Shown one piece after another: positions 10,504 to 23,360 of a stretch of 64,000 nt of DNA. Position 1 is the stretch's first letter, and each line of letters opens with the position of its first letter. Origin of the DNA: Camelus ferus. Lineage: Eukaryota. Below the pieces are notes generated by a model. It was not told the DNA's origin, did not search any database, and saw only the letters and a program-made list of their open reading frames with translations. Made by a program: the position numbers and the translations under genes. The stretch lies in contig NC_045707.1 of assembly GCF_009834535.1 (NCBI RefSeq), forward strand, positions 62,002,001-62,066,000, given 5' to 3'.

Positions 10504-11000
10504 CTTATTTTAAAAGAATTTCAAACTTACAGAAGAGTTGTGAGAATATTACAAATAGCTTCTATTTACCTACTCTTGACCCAGTTTACTTAATTAACAT
10601 TTTGCTACTTTTACTTTCTCCCTCTCCTCGCCCCACCCCCCACTATCCCCGCCTCACTGAGGTTTTCTTATCACAAACTACTCTGCACTATTATTTTTCC
10701 TAATCTATTGGTCAGTAAATTGCACACATCTTGCCCTATTGCCCCTAAATATATTCAGTGTGTGTGTGCTTTAAGAACAGGCATTCTTTTCTATCACCAC
10801 AATACAGTGATCTCATTTAGGACTTTGATTCGTTTAGGAATGTATAATACTTTAAGTCTCCTCAAAAAGCAATCCATATTTGGATACTGCCAATTGTCCT
10901 GATAATGTTCTTTATAGAATTTTCCCCTGGATCCAATCCAGGATTACATGTTGCATTTACTCATTGTGCCTAGTCAGTCTCCTTTAATCTGGAACAGTTA
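10504..11000 (-). mobile_element. L1MC/L1MB-type 3' UTR fragment
   Basis: aatttcaaacttacagaagagttg...ttaacattttgc...caatccaggattacatgttgcattt...tctcctttaatctggaacagt. Confidence 0.75.
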
Positions 11001-11106
11001 CATAGCAGAGAATTTGGAGAATAAAAAAAAATAATGTATACAAGTTCAAAGACATTCAATTTCAATCTAATATGAACAGAATAAAAATATTTTTCAAACC
11101 ATGCAG

Positions 11107-11215
11107 TTTCCCTAATGAAAACCTTGATTGTGGTGAAAATTCAGCAGATCAGGAAGACACTGTAGCAATGTTGCTTGGAAATGAAGATGATTCTGAAGAA
11201 AGTTCATCCAGCACA
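11107..11215 (+). pseudogene. Fossil exon candidate, acidic (phase 2 to 0)
   Basis: ATGCAG acceptor, GTAAGT donor. Open frame FPNENLDCGENSADQEDTVAMLLGNEDDSEESSSST. Confidence 0.55.
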
Positions 11216-11639
11216 GTAAGTTCACAATGCCAGCAAATCAGGTTTCCTTAGACATAGATACCTTCTGGAACTTCTGCTACATCCTTTTTTTTTTTGGATA
11301 TATTTAATGACAGTAATACTGATTTCCTTCCTCCCCTGCTAACTCATGTACTTTAGGACATCTTGATCTTGTTAATTCTAGTTTTAGCAAGCACAATACC
11401 TTTCAGAAATACAACCCTCAAGGTTGGTGAGGCATTGCTACCATGATGTGAACTGTTGCTTGGGCCTGTCCTGATTAGTAACACAATGCCTTTTGGTTGC
11501 TAGTACACATCAGAGTAAATCAATGGAAAGTCACATCTGAGCACAGGAATCATTGAGAAAAAAATCATGGCTTTGTTTTTCTTTTTGACTTAACCAATCT
11601 AAAAAAAAAAAGAGAGAGAGAGGGGAAACTAAAATAATA

Positions 11640-11765
11640 TATTCAGGTCTGATAAAGAAACTAAGGCCAGAGATGTTAAATGAATTATCTAACTAATTGG
11701 AGGCAGAATCAGCACTAAATGTCAGGGCTTCTAACTCCTAATTTTCTTTCTGTTACACAATGATG
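11640..11765 (-). mobile_element. MIR SINE fragment
   Basis: gataaagaaactaaggccagagatgttaaatgaatt. Confidence 0.6.
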
Positions 11766-12354
11766 TCTCCAATATATATTATACTTTTTTTTATTATTAT
11801 TGCCAAACCATCAGTAATAACTGCTTCCTATAATACATTTTGTAAAAACAGTTTAGAGTCAGCATTCATATGTAATACATCAAAATCTTACTGCCAATGT
11901 AGCAGATACCAGTGGCCAAAGACATAAGATATTTTTAAAACATTCTTTGCTTATCCACAGCATGCTAAAACTCATCAAGTGATGTTCTACACAATGTGCT
12001 CATTAATTTTTTTTATGCTAGACTTTAAAAGGAGCATTTTTCAGATTAACAAACCACATATTCTACAAAAAGATCATAAACTTAGTTTAGAAATGTATTT
12101 TGAGAGAGCTTTAAGAATCAAATTTTCACAGAAAAGTTTTTACTGCCTACAAGTCATGTTATTTTTAGAAGTTTTTCACCAAATTGGTTTTAAATGTTCA
12201 AGGCAACATTGTTTCTTTCTTTTTTCCTTTCTTTTTCCCTAGTTCTTTGTTCAAGTTATAGAGAAGTCTTCATGAATTAATTAATTGAATGTACTTTTTT
12301 TCTAATTTGACTAATGTCCATTAGGTTTGTTTTTGTTTATCTTCTCCCATCAAG

Positions 12355-12483
12355 AGCTGTCCCATATTTCCTTAAGTCAAGCTGTTCGACTGGTGGGTGG
12401 GACGCTTTTACTTCTTATGTTCCACAGACAGGCATCTGGCAATTGCCACCAAGTGAGAGATTAATTTTCTTGGAAAAATCCTG
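12355..12483 (+). pseudogene. Fossil exon candidate (phase 2 to 2)
   Basis: Pyrimidine tract with CAAG acceptor, CTG|GTAAAT donor. Open frame AVPYFLKSSCSTGGWDAFTSYVPQTGIWQLPPSERLIFLEKS. Confidence 0.55.
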
Positions 12484-12869
12484 GTAAATGTAAAATTGGG
12501 AGCGAATTTAGGTACTAACATAAGGGTATCACAGAGTCTCTCACAGATTAATTACAGGTTTTTTTTTTTAAAGTAACACTGTTTTCTCTTTTTGGACTTA
12601 AACTCATTTTATATTTATTATCTCTTCTTTTCTTTCATTTACCTGAAACTGCTTTTTGCTCTTCAGTTCTCAAGGGTATTCCAGAACCTTGATCATTGTC
12701 AGAGACCATTAGTTGCCTTCTAGTCTCACTGTTTTATATTTCCTGAAACATCATTCTTAACACTATCTCACCCTAACCTTACCAGTCCTCACTTCATCAT
12801 CTACTTCTTAAAAAATATATACTTATTTATGTCAGTGGGGAGGTAATTAGCTTTCTTTGTTTATTTTTA

Positions 12870-13073
12870 AAGATATGTGGATCATGAAATTGGGATCATT
12901 GTCTGTTTTTGTAAAAAAATAGTTGCACTGGGACAGAGTCATATTCATTTATGCATTGTCTGTGTCTGCTTTTGCTTCAGTGGCAGAGTTGAGTAGTTGC
13001 AACTGAGAGAATATGGCTTGTAAACCTAAAATATTTCCTATATAGCTCTTTAAGAAAAAGTTTACCTGTGCTG
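12870..13073 (+). mobile_element. MER58A-like hAT-Charlie element, preceded by a short camelid SINE tail fragment (~12825-12870)
   Basis: ctgtttttgtaaa...ggcagagttgagtagttgcaac...cctaaaatattt...ctttaagaaaaagttt. Upstream ggggaggtaattag SINE tail. Confidence 0.8.
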
Positions 13074-13113
13074 TGGTTCGTTAGAAGGATAAATAACAGT
13101 GAAAGAATTATTA

Positions 13114-13833
13114 TTATCCTTCACTTTTATCATTTTGTTGTCCAGAATGTTGTGTTGTCTTTCAGGAGGATAAGAGAAAGCTGGAGACACCACCTCTATA
13201 ATCTGCTTTTAGCTTTTATTGAAGACAATTGAGATTTCAGAATTTTTCATTTTCTGCTCTTAATAGCATAGAGAAGAAAATTGACAGAGGAAAATGTTTC
13301 ACAATTATTAGATAAATCAGAAGATAAATTCAAAGAGACAGAGAGCAGTAAGTACTCCAATGATGATGGCGAAATGGATCATGGATGGTGTGAAATGGAT
13401 CGTGTAAGTGGAATCTTAGACAATGAGATGAGTCTTCGGATGACAACATTTGGATGAATTTTCTAGAATATATATGTGGACAATACATTTCCAAGAACAA
13501 AATGGGTGTGGTAATTTCATCCAGCTTTCATTTAATAGGAAGGACTTCATCAAGCAGTGTTTTGCAGTAAGAACGTGGACTATTCTGTTTTGCTAAAAGG
13601 AGGTGTGACACATTTTTCACCTTTTATGATGTTTGTGTGCCAAAATTTACTTGTTACAAAAAGGTTTGTAATGATTAAATTTATTTTAAAATTTTGAATC
13701 TAGTTGTTTTCAACTTTTTATTCTTATTTCTGAGAACTATTTATTAAATTACAAAATTAGTTTTAAAAGAGTTTAATTTGGATCCAGATAAAACAAATAA
13801 TGGTGACAATTTTCTTGATATATTGAGGGCTAA
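13114..13833 (+). mobile_element. Internally deleted piggyBac-family element (Looper-like)
   Basis: Degenerate ends ttat-ccttcac...gagggc-taa. Decayed transposase N-terminus RRKLTEENVSQLLDKSED (from 13272) and GRTSSSSVLQ*ERGLFCFAKRRCD...MMFVCQNLL. Confidence 0.7.
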
Positions 13834-14902
13834 ATACTAATGACAAGAAAGAATGAAGAAACAAAAAGGAATAAACTTAGGCAAGTTAGATTTAGTGGTT
13901 TTAATTCATAGTTTTAAAAAATTAGTGTAATATCTTTGTATTTTATGTTAAGTGTTTGCTTTTCTCTGGGAGATTGTCTGTCTGCATCCCAAGCAAATTC
14001 TCAAGCATTCATATGTAAATAACTGGCTTTTATAAAAAATTTTCTTTTAAAACATGCAACTGGCATGTGCTGTTGAAACAATTCTGTACAGTGAAATTCT
14101 CTTCTGGTCAAACATAGATGCTCTTACCAGCCTTCTCTAGATCAGATGTCAGACTCCTGGAGTTATTTTGTTTTGTAGTTTTTCCTTTGTGTGCCTGCCT
14201 TTTCCCTTGATTTTTAATTCAGGCAGATGTCTCTGTATATATATTTTCATGTGTTTACCTCTGGTTCTTGATCATTTTTCCTTAGGAGTTTTAAGAAAAT
14301 AACAAGGCAGCTTTTTCTTTCTTTTAGCTCCTAAATATTTGCTCCCACAAATCCTACATATATAAACAAAGTACAGCATAGAAAATGAGAAAAAATGTAT
14401 ATATACCCTTAAACTGAGATAAGCTAAGAGAAAAATAAATATTATTTTTAAACTTCTCTTTTTATACTTGAAATAATAAAGCCAACCTTTTGGCACTGCA
14501 CATTTTGACATTTGGTGATGTGGGAGAGACAAGTCAAGTTAATGGTTTCAGGCTTAAATTAGGCAGTTTGCAAGCTGACAAAGATTTACTCATTTTTTAC
14601 TACTTTTCCCTGCACAGAATCCATAAAAATTCTATACAAGTCTCACTGTATAATGTAGATTTTTTTCAAGGAACAACAACATGGAAGAAGACAAAAAATG
14701 GGAGGAAGGTAGAAGACATCTTACTGGTTTCTGCTTTGATGCCAATAATTCCTTGCATTCATGTCTCAAAAGAATAAATTCATTACATCTACTCTCTGGT
14801 GTCTTTCAACTATAACCTTCTTTTAAGTTTTTAAAAGTTTTAAAAAAGACTTTTTCCCTCCAGTTTTATTGAGAGATAATTGACATACAGCACTGTATAC
14901 AT

Positions 14903-15019
14903 TTTTTGGGGAGAGGGGTAATTAGGTTTTTCATTTTTAATGGAGGTACTGGGGATTGAACCCAGGACCTTGTGCTTGTTAGGCACACACTCTACCACTG
15001 AGCTATATACCCTTTCCCC
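14903..15019 (-). mobile_element. Camelid tRNA-derived SINE (Vic-1-type)
   Basis: Minus strand GGGGAAAGGGTATATAGCTCAGTGGTAGAG (A box)...GGGTTCAATCCCCAGTACCTCC (B box)...CCTAATTACCCC tail. Abuts an L1 extreme 3' fragment at ~14845-14900. Confidence 0.85.
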
Positions 15020-15324
15020 AGTTATAATTTTTTTCACATTCACTTCCATTATAAAAGCATACAAAGCAGTTCAACCAGGGACTGACATTATAGCCTGGGA
15101 CACTTACTATTTGTATGACCCTATGGAATTCCAGTAACAGCTCAGACTTAGTTACATCATCTGTAAAATGGACATCATCTGTAAAAATTTTATTCTATGA
15201 AAGTAGAATAAAATGTAAATTGCTTAAAAGAATGTTGGGCATTAAGTATTCAGTAAACATGACATATTTTATAGTGATGTAGGAGAAACACTAATCTTTG
15301 AACGCAAATGATCCTGGTTTTCAA

Positions 15325-16015
15325 TCACGTATCCTATGTTCAGTAGATGTTGAAGTATTTCTTTCTTTTGTATTTGGAACTTGAGGTACAATGGAAAAAG
15401 GGTCCAGTCCTTTCTTCAAGGAGCTACTTAGTGGTGATAGAGTGATAAACATAAACTCATATAATTAAGGATTATGAGAGCCATGATAAACATGTGCATA
15501 GAATTCAGTAGGCGCACTCAAACTGGAGTGGTTAGTTCTATGTGCAGAGAAAGGAGAATTCTGTGGGACTGTGACCCTTTATTTAGGACTTAGAAGAGGA
15601 GGACACGTTGCTCATCGGTAGATACAGGAGGAGTGAGGGACGTATGAGGTGGAGAGAAGAGCATGGTGGAGAGTGTAGAGGTCTGAGACAATACTGTATT
15701 CACCATCTGTTATTCCTCACAGCTAGAGTGGGGGAAAAAGTGTCCGGAATCTGAAGATGGGATGGAGGAGAGGCTGAAAAAAAAAGGATTTGCAGTCATC
15801 GAAGGGTTTTTTAGAGCTTTTATATTGGAAAGGTTATCTGGAATCAATGGAATGTCATAAAACCACGGACAGGAAGGGTAACTCATAGGCTATTGTAGTC
15901 CAGGTGAGAAATCATAAATTCATAAACTAATACAACAGCATTGAAGATGGAGGAAAGGAAGAATTCCAGGAAATACATAAGGAGTCAAATTGATAGGATT
16001 TGTTTGGGCTGCAAT
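15325..16015 (-). mobile_element. L2 LINE 3' region
   Basis: cctttcttcaaggagct...ggctattgtagtccaggtgagaaat...gtcaaattgataggattt. Confidence 0.65.
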
Positions 16016-16105
16016 GAGAAAAACCTCACAGAATGACAGAGCAAATGAAATGAGATATTTAGACAGAAGTCCTTTGTCAGACACAAAGCTCTCTATGATT
16101 TTCAG

Positions 16106-16300
16106 TTGCTATCCACATTCAAGATCATATAATCAATGACTTTAATGACACAGTGAATATGCTGTCCTATAGAATACAGCTGTTGTCTGCTCTTAAAGCT
16201 TTTAAGGCTTCAAATTGTATTTTTAAATACAATCTTTCAATCTTTGTTTGGAGACCATCCTAACAATTCTGATATATTTGTGGGATCATATGCTATATCT
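16106..16300 (+). pseudogene. Fossil exon candidate
   Basis: TTTTCAG acceptor, GTAAGT donor. AIHIQDHIINDFNDTVNMLSYRIQLLSALKAFKASNCIF... open for about 50 codons, with a probable frameshift near the 3' end. Confidence 0.5.
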
Positions 16301-16628
16301 GTAAGTATTTCCATAGAGTTTAAGATTTTTGTTTACTTATAACTGATCCAATTGACCAAACCTTAACATTTTCCAGGAAATACATGTTTATACACACACA
16401 CACACACTCCACTGGTTAAACTAAAGGAATTGTTGAAGTAGTAGAGTTATAAACAAATTTTTATAGTGCTTTAGCTATAAGAATACAATTTATAAGAATA
16501 AAATTGGAGGCATAATTCTAAGTGGACTTATATGGTACTCATTTTTGAAGTGAGACTCAACTTGTCTTCATATACACTGGTAACTGGGAGGCAGCAAACT
16601 GACTAAGTGATGATCATTGTCTTCACAG

Positions 16629-16814
16629 CATTAGCTAAGGCCTTTGGTGGCCAGGGTCCTATCAACCTTGACAGACAACCACCCTACATGAACCCTAGGT
16701 CTTTGACTCATTAATTGTTAAAGGAATCCAGCGATGCCTGGCATGAGTTTAAAAACACTCAGAGATCTCGCTGTCATATTCCACATTCTGGGGCCATTTA
16801 TCCATTGACATTAG
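16629..16814 (+). pseudogene. Fossil exon candidate (phase 1 to 1)
   Basis: GTCTTCACAG acceptor, weak TAG|GTCTGC donor. LAKAFGGQGPINLDRQPPYMNPRSLTH*LLKESSDAWHEFKNTQRSRCHIPHSGAIYPLTL (1 stop). Confidence 0.5.
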
Positions 16815-17974
16815 GTCTGCCACATCTGTTCATGCATTTAAATGAAAGTTAAAGGCCTCCCTTTTTGATCAAGTTTTAAGTGTTTTCATAATTTATATGC
16901 ACCACACTATTCTAGAAGAGTTTGTTCAGAGCAATTTTCTCTGTTTTATCTGTCACTGGTATTTTTATGCCTTTTATTCTGTAGCGTTTAAGATGTGATG
17001 TGAATAAAAACAGCTTTCTAAATAAAGATTGATTGATAAAACAGTTACTCAATAAACAGTAGTCTTCATGTGAGACTTTAAAAATACTTCACATGTTGGT
17101 TTAAATGATAGAATGGCACATATCTTAATTCATTGGAGTGTACAGAAAACAATCTCCTTATGTAGATGTTAAAGTTAAATTGGGAATTTTTAGAAAAAAA
17201 ATTTGATAAATGCTTTGTTCACATTGCTGAAAACATCTGTGTACGATGTTTTCTTAATATGGACATTGGAACCACCTTTTTTTTTTCTCATAGAGTTTGA
17301 TTCTGTCCTACTCAGAGGAATACCTTTTGTTGGGATTAAATGGAGTCATTCCCAATTAAGTCCACAGGTCAAAAATCTGGTCTCAATTAAACTTCTTTCC
17401 CTTAATCTTTAACAATCTTTCTAACACTTTTTCAGTTTACTGAAAGAAAGTAGAATGTTTGGAAGAAAATCTTCTAGCTTTCCCTAGACAAAGAAGTCTG
17501 TTGGATTTATATCCACATTATTTCATTAAAATATATGATGTTCAGCAAAGGAGCTAGATTGTTTTTATTGACCCTCAGTGAAAACGTGAACTTACATCTA
17601 TAAAATTATAATGTAAAATATTTTTTAAAACTGTGGTAAAATGTAATGCAGTTTGGAATAAATATAAGGAAACACAATAATACAATAAAGTACACATACT
17701 GTAAATGGAATGGCACCACCATCAGAAGGAACAGAATGTGTCTAGAGATACTCTGATGAAACAGCTCCCCCCACATAAACACATGCACACTTACTCTGAT
17801 ACACTGTTCTGGAATTCAACCAAAAAAATTTTTTTAAACTCATGAGAATTCCAAATAGGGGTTGTATTTTTCCTCTCTGATTATCTCTATTCATATATTT
17901 AAGCACATATTCTACTCTTACATGTGTATTTAAAAGACTTAAGAGTAAGAATCTGATTTCTTTTGTTCAAACAT

Positions 17975-18650
17975 TTCCTAAATTTGATCCTGAGTTTCTG
18001 TCCCTTTACTGAGTTCCAGAGTAGAATGTCTACCTGCCTGCATGACATTCTCACTTGGTTATCCTGGGAATCTCAAACATCTTTGCATGTCTTAAATAAA
18101 TCTTTTGATTTTCCCTCCACTTTTCTCATCAAACTGTTTCTTCCATTTTCCCCTATCCTAGCTCATTTACGCTGTTCAACCAGATAGCCAGTCCAAAAGT
18201 CTAGGACTCAGTCTTGAGTTCTCTCTGTTAATTATGTCTGTATCCATCTGTTGGCATCCCATGGGCCTGAACATCAAAATGCATCCCAGCTGTACCACTT
18301 TTCACTCCCAGAATCACCACCACCATCATGACCACATCACCATCATGTCCCACCTCAGTTGTGACAATAGTCCCTTAAATGGTATTTCTACTTGCCTTCC
18401 TCCCTATAGTTCATTTGACCTAGAGCAGCCAGGGTGATACACACATACACACACACTTAAAACTCTAATATTTTCCCTTGACATGTAGTATAAAGTCTCA
18501 ACTTTTTACTTAGGCTTACAATGGCCCATATAAGGTAACAATTGGTTCCCTTTTCAACACCATCTTCTTTACGCACGATGCTCCATCGACAGTGTCCTTT
18601 TTGCTGTTCCTTGGCAAGATCACTCCCATCTCAGACAATTCAAACTAGTG
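17975..18650 (+). mobile_element. L2 LINE fragment
   Basis: ctgagttccaga...tctacctgcctgcatgacattctcacttgg...agcagccagggtgat. Confidence 0.75.
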
Positions 18651-19239
18651 ACTCAGTGTGAAGTTCTTGGGATCTTCAGGCGGATGTTCTAGAAAAATGC
18701 TGAGGCTGGGGCTTGTTATTATGGTGCGACTTACAATACTGAGCTAACCTTGTTAACTTACATCTATTACCTCTAAATATAGCTGGAAAAGTAACACAGA
18801 TTAATGGAAATACATTTAATTTTAGGGCAGAAATGATAGCTGGAACATTCTCATGTAAAGGGAGGAATCTAGACAAATCTCTCAACAAAGTGGTGATAAT
18901 TTCGTCTGAATTTGATTTAGTTATTGTGCCTTATTTGTGGTGTTGTGGTAAATATTAAATGCAGACTCTAGAACAAAATTTATATGTTTTAATGCACTAC
19001 ACAAATGTTTTCATTACTAGAATACATCTTATCATTTAATTGTGTTCCTTAATAGATCTTTTTGGTCATAGCTATGTCTCGAATTTGAATTTCAAGGGCC
19101 TCTTCAGTTTTCTCCATAGTAGACAATTTACCCTGGACTAGTCAGGAAGAAAGCAAAAACAAAGCTACTGGCTTGTTGCTTGTGTAAGTTTGGGTTATAT
19201 TCCTTCTCCTTCTTTCCTCTAATTTTCTTGGACATGTAG

Positions 19240-19483
19240 AAATGCACGAGAAGGGAGAGATCCATGGCTGCTTACTGGGAACAGCTCATTCTTCACTGGC
19301 TTGCTTCCTGCTGTGCAGGCAGCCTTGCCTGTGTAGTAGTGCTCACTCTGAACCTCTGGCCATCAAGAGAGAACGTGAAAGCTCTCCATGGGACTTCAGC
19401 GTGAAACAGTCCATAGAGATGCTCTGTCTTGGATTGTCTTGCCTAAAGATTTCACCAGTTCAACTGGGAATAGATTTGACAAG
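19240..19483 (+). pseudogene. Fossil exon candidate (phase 1 to 2), 244 nt fully open
   Basis: Long pyrimidine tract with GTAG acceptor, AAG|GTAGGT donor. Coincides with ORF 19242-19487. The next segment at 19580 continues in phase (AFLFFVISYGHKYKPD...). Confidence 0.55.
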
Positions 19484-20019
19484 GTAGGTAGAAGCTAGAA
19501 TCCCAAGTTAGACTTCTAGTTCAGAATGCGGGCTCATATGTTTCCTATCTGCCCAAATCCTCATCTGCTATTGTGTTAGAGCATTTTTATTTTTTGTGAT
19601 TTCATACGGACACAAATATAAACCTGACGTATGCTTTATATTTGTCACCAACTTCCTTCTATGTAATCCTCATATGTGGTGGTGTAACCACACATGTGTT
19701 TAAATTCTTCTAGAGAAGAATTCAATTTTTACTAGTGTCACTTTCAATGATGATATGCAAATGGTTATTTACTGAGGGGAAATTGTTGGCAGAGTTAGAG
19801 AAGGTTGAAAGAGAGATAGGGAGGGCAACGTACTATCCCTAGAAGCAACTGTTGCTTTCGTTTCTTGGAAACGTGTCTCCTTGAATGCAGATTATACATT
19901 ATACATTTAGGGTGCATGTAGTTAAATACACCCATGCTTCTATTATGTGTACTCTCAGAGAATCCCTCCTAGTTGCTTCTTTGTTGTCCTCATACATTTT
20001 CTTAAATCAAGCCAATCAT

Positions 20020-20600
20020 TTGTAGGATAAATGATTATGACAAACGTTAGATCATGTCTCTCCTCTAGAGAAAACTTTCCATGGTTTCCATCTAGGAGTT
20101 AAGCTAAAATTCTTTCTTTGTCCTCAAGACCCTACAGTATCCAGCCCTCATCTCCTCTCTGAACTCATCACTGACAACGCTCTCTCGTTTCTTCTCTTCA
20201 AGTCACATGCTTCTGATTGCAGTTCTTTAAACATGCCGGACTCACTTTCAACCTAGTATCTCTTCACTGCCTGTTCCTTGTACCAGAAAACCCTTCTCCA
20301 GATATCCATGTTAGTAACTCTTTAATCTCCTTCAAGTTTTTTGTTCTAGTGTGTTCTCCATGAGTTCTACGCCAACTGTCCTATTTAAAATTACATCCTG
20401 TTTCCCTCTACCATTGACTTGAATTTCTGATGCTGCACATCAGCAGAGCATTGCCCCAAATCATATCACCAGACGTATATTTAATTATTCTTTTCTGAGT
20501 CATTTCAGTATACTTATTTCATTTATATATATATGTCTCACTATCGTGCACCTGTTGCTAAACCTTAGTTCTTTCATCCGACGAATAGGAGAGATCTTTA
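20020..20600 (+). mobile_element. L2 LINE 3' fragment
   Basis: agatcatgtctctcctct...ccttctccagatatccatg...cctatttaaaatt. Confidence 0.7.
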
Positions 20601-21084
20601 CTGAATTACCAGAGTGGGTTAACCTTCAGTGTTCTGGTTCTATAATACCCTCAACTCTCCATTTTTGCACTCTTCATCAATTTTCCTTTGATGTATGGGT
20701 AGAAGGTTTATACACTTTCAAATTTATGAATGCCCCCAAAATCCAACATAAGCATTATTTTATCACCCATAAGTGAATTAGACATGTCTTTGAATTCCCC
20801 ATTTCTTTAGCAGTAGAAATTATAATCTTGCCAAAGTAACTTAGCTTCCTCCAGTTTAAAATAGTGAGTTTTAGGACTAACATGATCCTCTTCTATTCCT
20901 CTTTCTTAGTCTCCAGGGGCCACCTGATTCCAGGATGGGGCTGGGGAGATAACCTTAAGGAAGGGGCATTTGCTTTTTGGGCCGTTCCCTGTTCTCATTG
21001 ATTTTAGCCACGGTGTGGCTTATTCTGCCTATACTGGGGCCAGTCACTGCTTTTGCTGTATATTCATTTTTGTTTAATATTTTT

Positions 21085-23360
21085 AAAAAAACTTTAAATT
21101 TTGAGTAGTTTTAGACTTACAGAAAAGTTGCAGTGATAGTGCAGAGAGTTTCTAAGTACCCCGCACCAAGCCTTGCCTATCGCTAACATCTTACATTAGC
21201 ATGCTGCATTTATCGTAACTAATGAACCAATATTGGTACATTATTATCAACTACCCTCTCTGCTTTTTTTCAGATTTCATTAGTCTGTCCCCTAATATCC
21301 TTTTTCTAATACAGGAGCTTATCTAGGATATCACTGCATTTAATCAGCGAGTCTTCTTAGGGTTCTCTGGGCTGTGACAGTTTTACAGACTCTCCTTGTT
21401 TTTAGACGACCTTGACAGTTTTGAGAAATATTGGTCAAATATTTTGTAAAACTTTCTCTCAATTAGGATTTGTCTGATGATTGTCCTGTGGTTGGATAAG
21501 GCTTATGAGTTTTGTGGAGGAAGGCCACAGCACATCATATAAAGGGTACAGGATAACAGTGTGATTTATCATTGGTTATGTTAATGTTGATCACCGATCT
21601 AAGGTAACATTTGTCAGGTTTCTGTACTGCAACTCATGCACACACACAGAGACACACACTTTTTCAAAATTTACTCTTTGGAAGTAAGTGACTTATTAGG
21701 CGGGAATTATACTCCACCTCCTTGAGAAGGGAGAATCTACACAAATTATTTGGCCTCATCTGTAGGTTTGTCTTTACTCCCAAATTTGTTTATTTACTAA
21801 ATTATTTACATTACTATCAATTCATGGATATTTATTTTATGTTTTAGGTTATAATCTGATACTATAATATTTACATTTTTGCTAAAATTATTTCCATCTT
21901 TGGCTGTTGGGAGAACTTTTAGGGTCTCTTGACTTAACCCCTTCATTATGGATGGTAAACATTACTCTCTGACACTACAAGATGCTCCAGGCTCATTCCG
22001 TATATTCTCTGCTTCAGTTCTAGACTCGGCTATCTCTTCAGGGAGCCTTGGTTCCTTTTATTGGGGAATAGTATTAAAAATCAAGATCTGGGTTTTAGGT
22101 CTGCTCATTTCTATTGAGTCATTAGTTCTAGGTCCTCCTTGTGGATATATTTAGGATGTATAAGTATGTGTACCAACCTGTGTATAAACCCCTATCTAAC
22201 ATGTGCCCCAATGTTCATAGCACCACTATATACAATAGCCAAGACATGGAAAAAACCTAAATGTTCACCGACAAATGACTAGATAAAGAAGCTGTGGTAT
22301 ATTTATACAATAGAATACTACTCGGCCATAAAAAATAATAAAATAATGCAATTCTCAGCAACATAGATGGGCCTGGAGAATGTTATTCTAAGTGAAATAA
22401 ATCAGAAAGAGAAAAAATACCATATGATATCACTTATACATGGAATCTAAAAAAAAAAGACAAGCAAACTTACTTACAAAACAGAAACAGCCTCACAGCC
22501 AAAGAAAGTAAACTTATGGTTACCATGGAGGAAGCGAGTGGGAAGAGATACACTGAGAGTTCGAGATTTGCAGATACTAACTACTATATATAAAATAGAT
22601 AAACAACAAGTTCATAGCACAGGGAACTATATTCAATATTGTGCAGCAACTTATGGTTGAAAAGAATATGAAAATGAATATATGTATGTTCCTATATGAC
22701 TGAAGCATTGTGCTGTACACCAGAAATTGACACAATATTGCAAACTGACTATACTTCAATAAAAATATATTTTAAAAAACCCTGTCTGTAATTATCTCTG
22801 TGTCTATCCTTCAGTACTTATATAAACTAAATATTAATACATACTGATATTTCTGACTTTCATCCAGGACTACCTGGTTCATTCTAACCTTTCCCCTCTT
22901 GCTTATCTATAACTTCCCATTCCAACAGCAAGAAATCTGGCTCCCACTTTCCACCATCCATTTACTTGTTCAGTTTTAACATGTATGTAGTTGTTTCAAA
23001 ACTGTTAGCCTATACCACCATGAGACAAAAATGTCACCAGCTACAGTAAAGTGTATGTACATTGTCCTTTGTCTTTGGTCTTATGGTCTAGTCATTTCTA
23101 AAGTTATTAGACCAGCACCTCTTTTCCCCCACCTCCTGTAGTCAGGTTATATCATACATTTTTAACACAGTTAAACGCACAGATGTTAGTTTAAATATCC
23201 TCTGCTTGATCTGTTTTTCAATTTGTACACATTACAGTTTACTCTTTGCACTGAAGATCTGTAGGTTTTGTCAGGGAGATAGTTAGGTATTTATCACTAG
23301 AGAACGTTACAGTATAGAATCATGGCTTTAAAAAATCCCCTGCACGTCACCTACTTTGGC
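21085..23360 (-). mobile_element. Old L1 (L1MC/MD-type) 3' UTR, interrupted by a younger L1
   Basis: tttgagtagttttagacttacagaaaagttg...aacatcttacattagcatg; resumes after 22780. Confidence 0.75.
22198..22775 (+). mobile_element. Lineage-specific L1 3' end (ORF2 C-terminus and 3' UTR)
   Basis: ccaatgttcatagcaccacta...gccaagacatgg...gactatacttcaataaaaa. Imperfect TSD aaacccctatct (22186-22197) / aaaaccctgtct (22776-22787). Confidence 0.9.

Noticed and set aside
14941..15019. tRNA gene (also 62825-62890)
   Set aside because: A and B boxes are present, but so are SINE tails, a TSD on the second copy and multiple diverged copies; these are tRNA-derived SINEs.
18312..18345. Poly-His-like ORF segment
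   Set aside because: (CAC/CAT)n expansion inside an L2 element.
19671..19696. Short hairpin CATATGTGGT...ACCACACATG
   Set aside because: A 10-bp imperfect stem is expected by chance in 64 kb.
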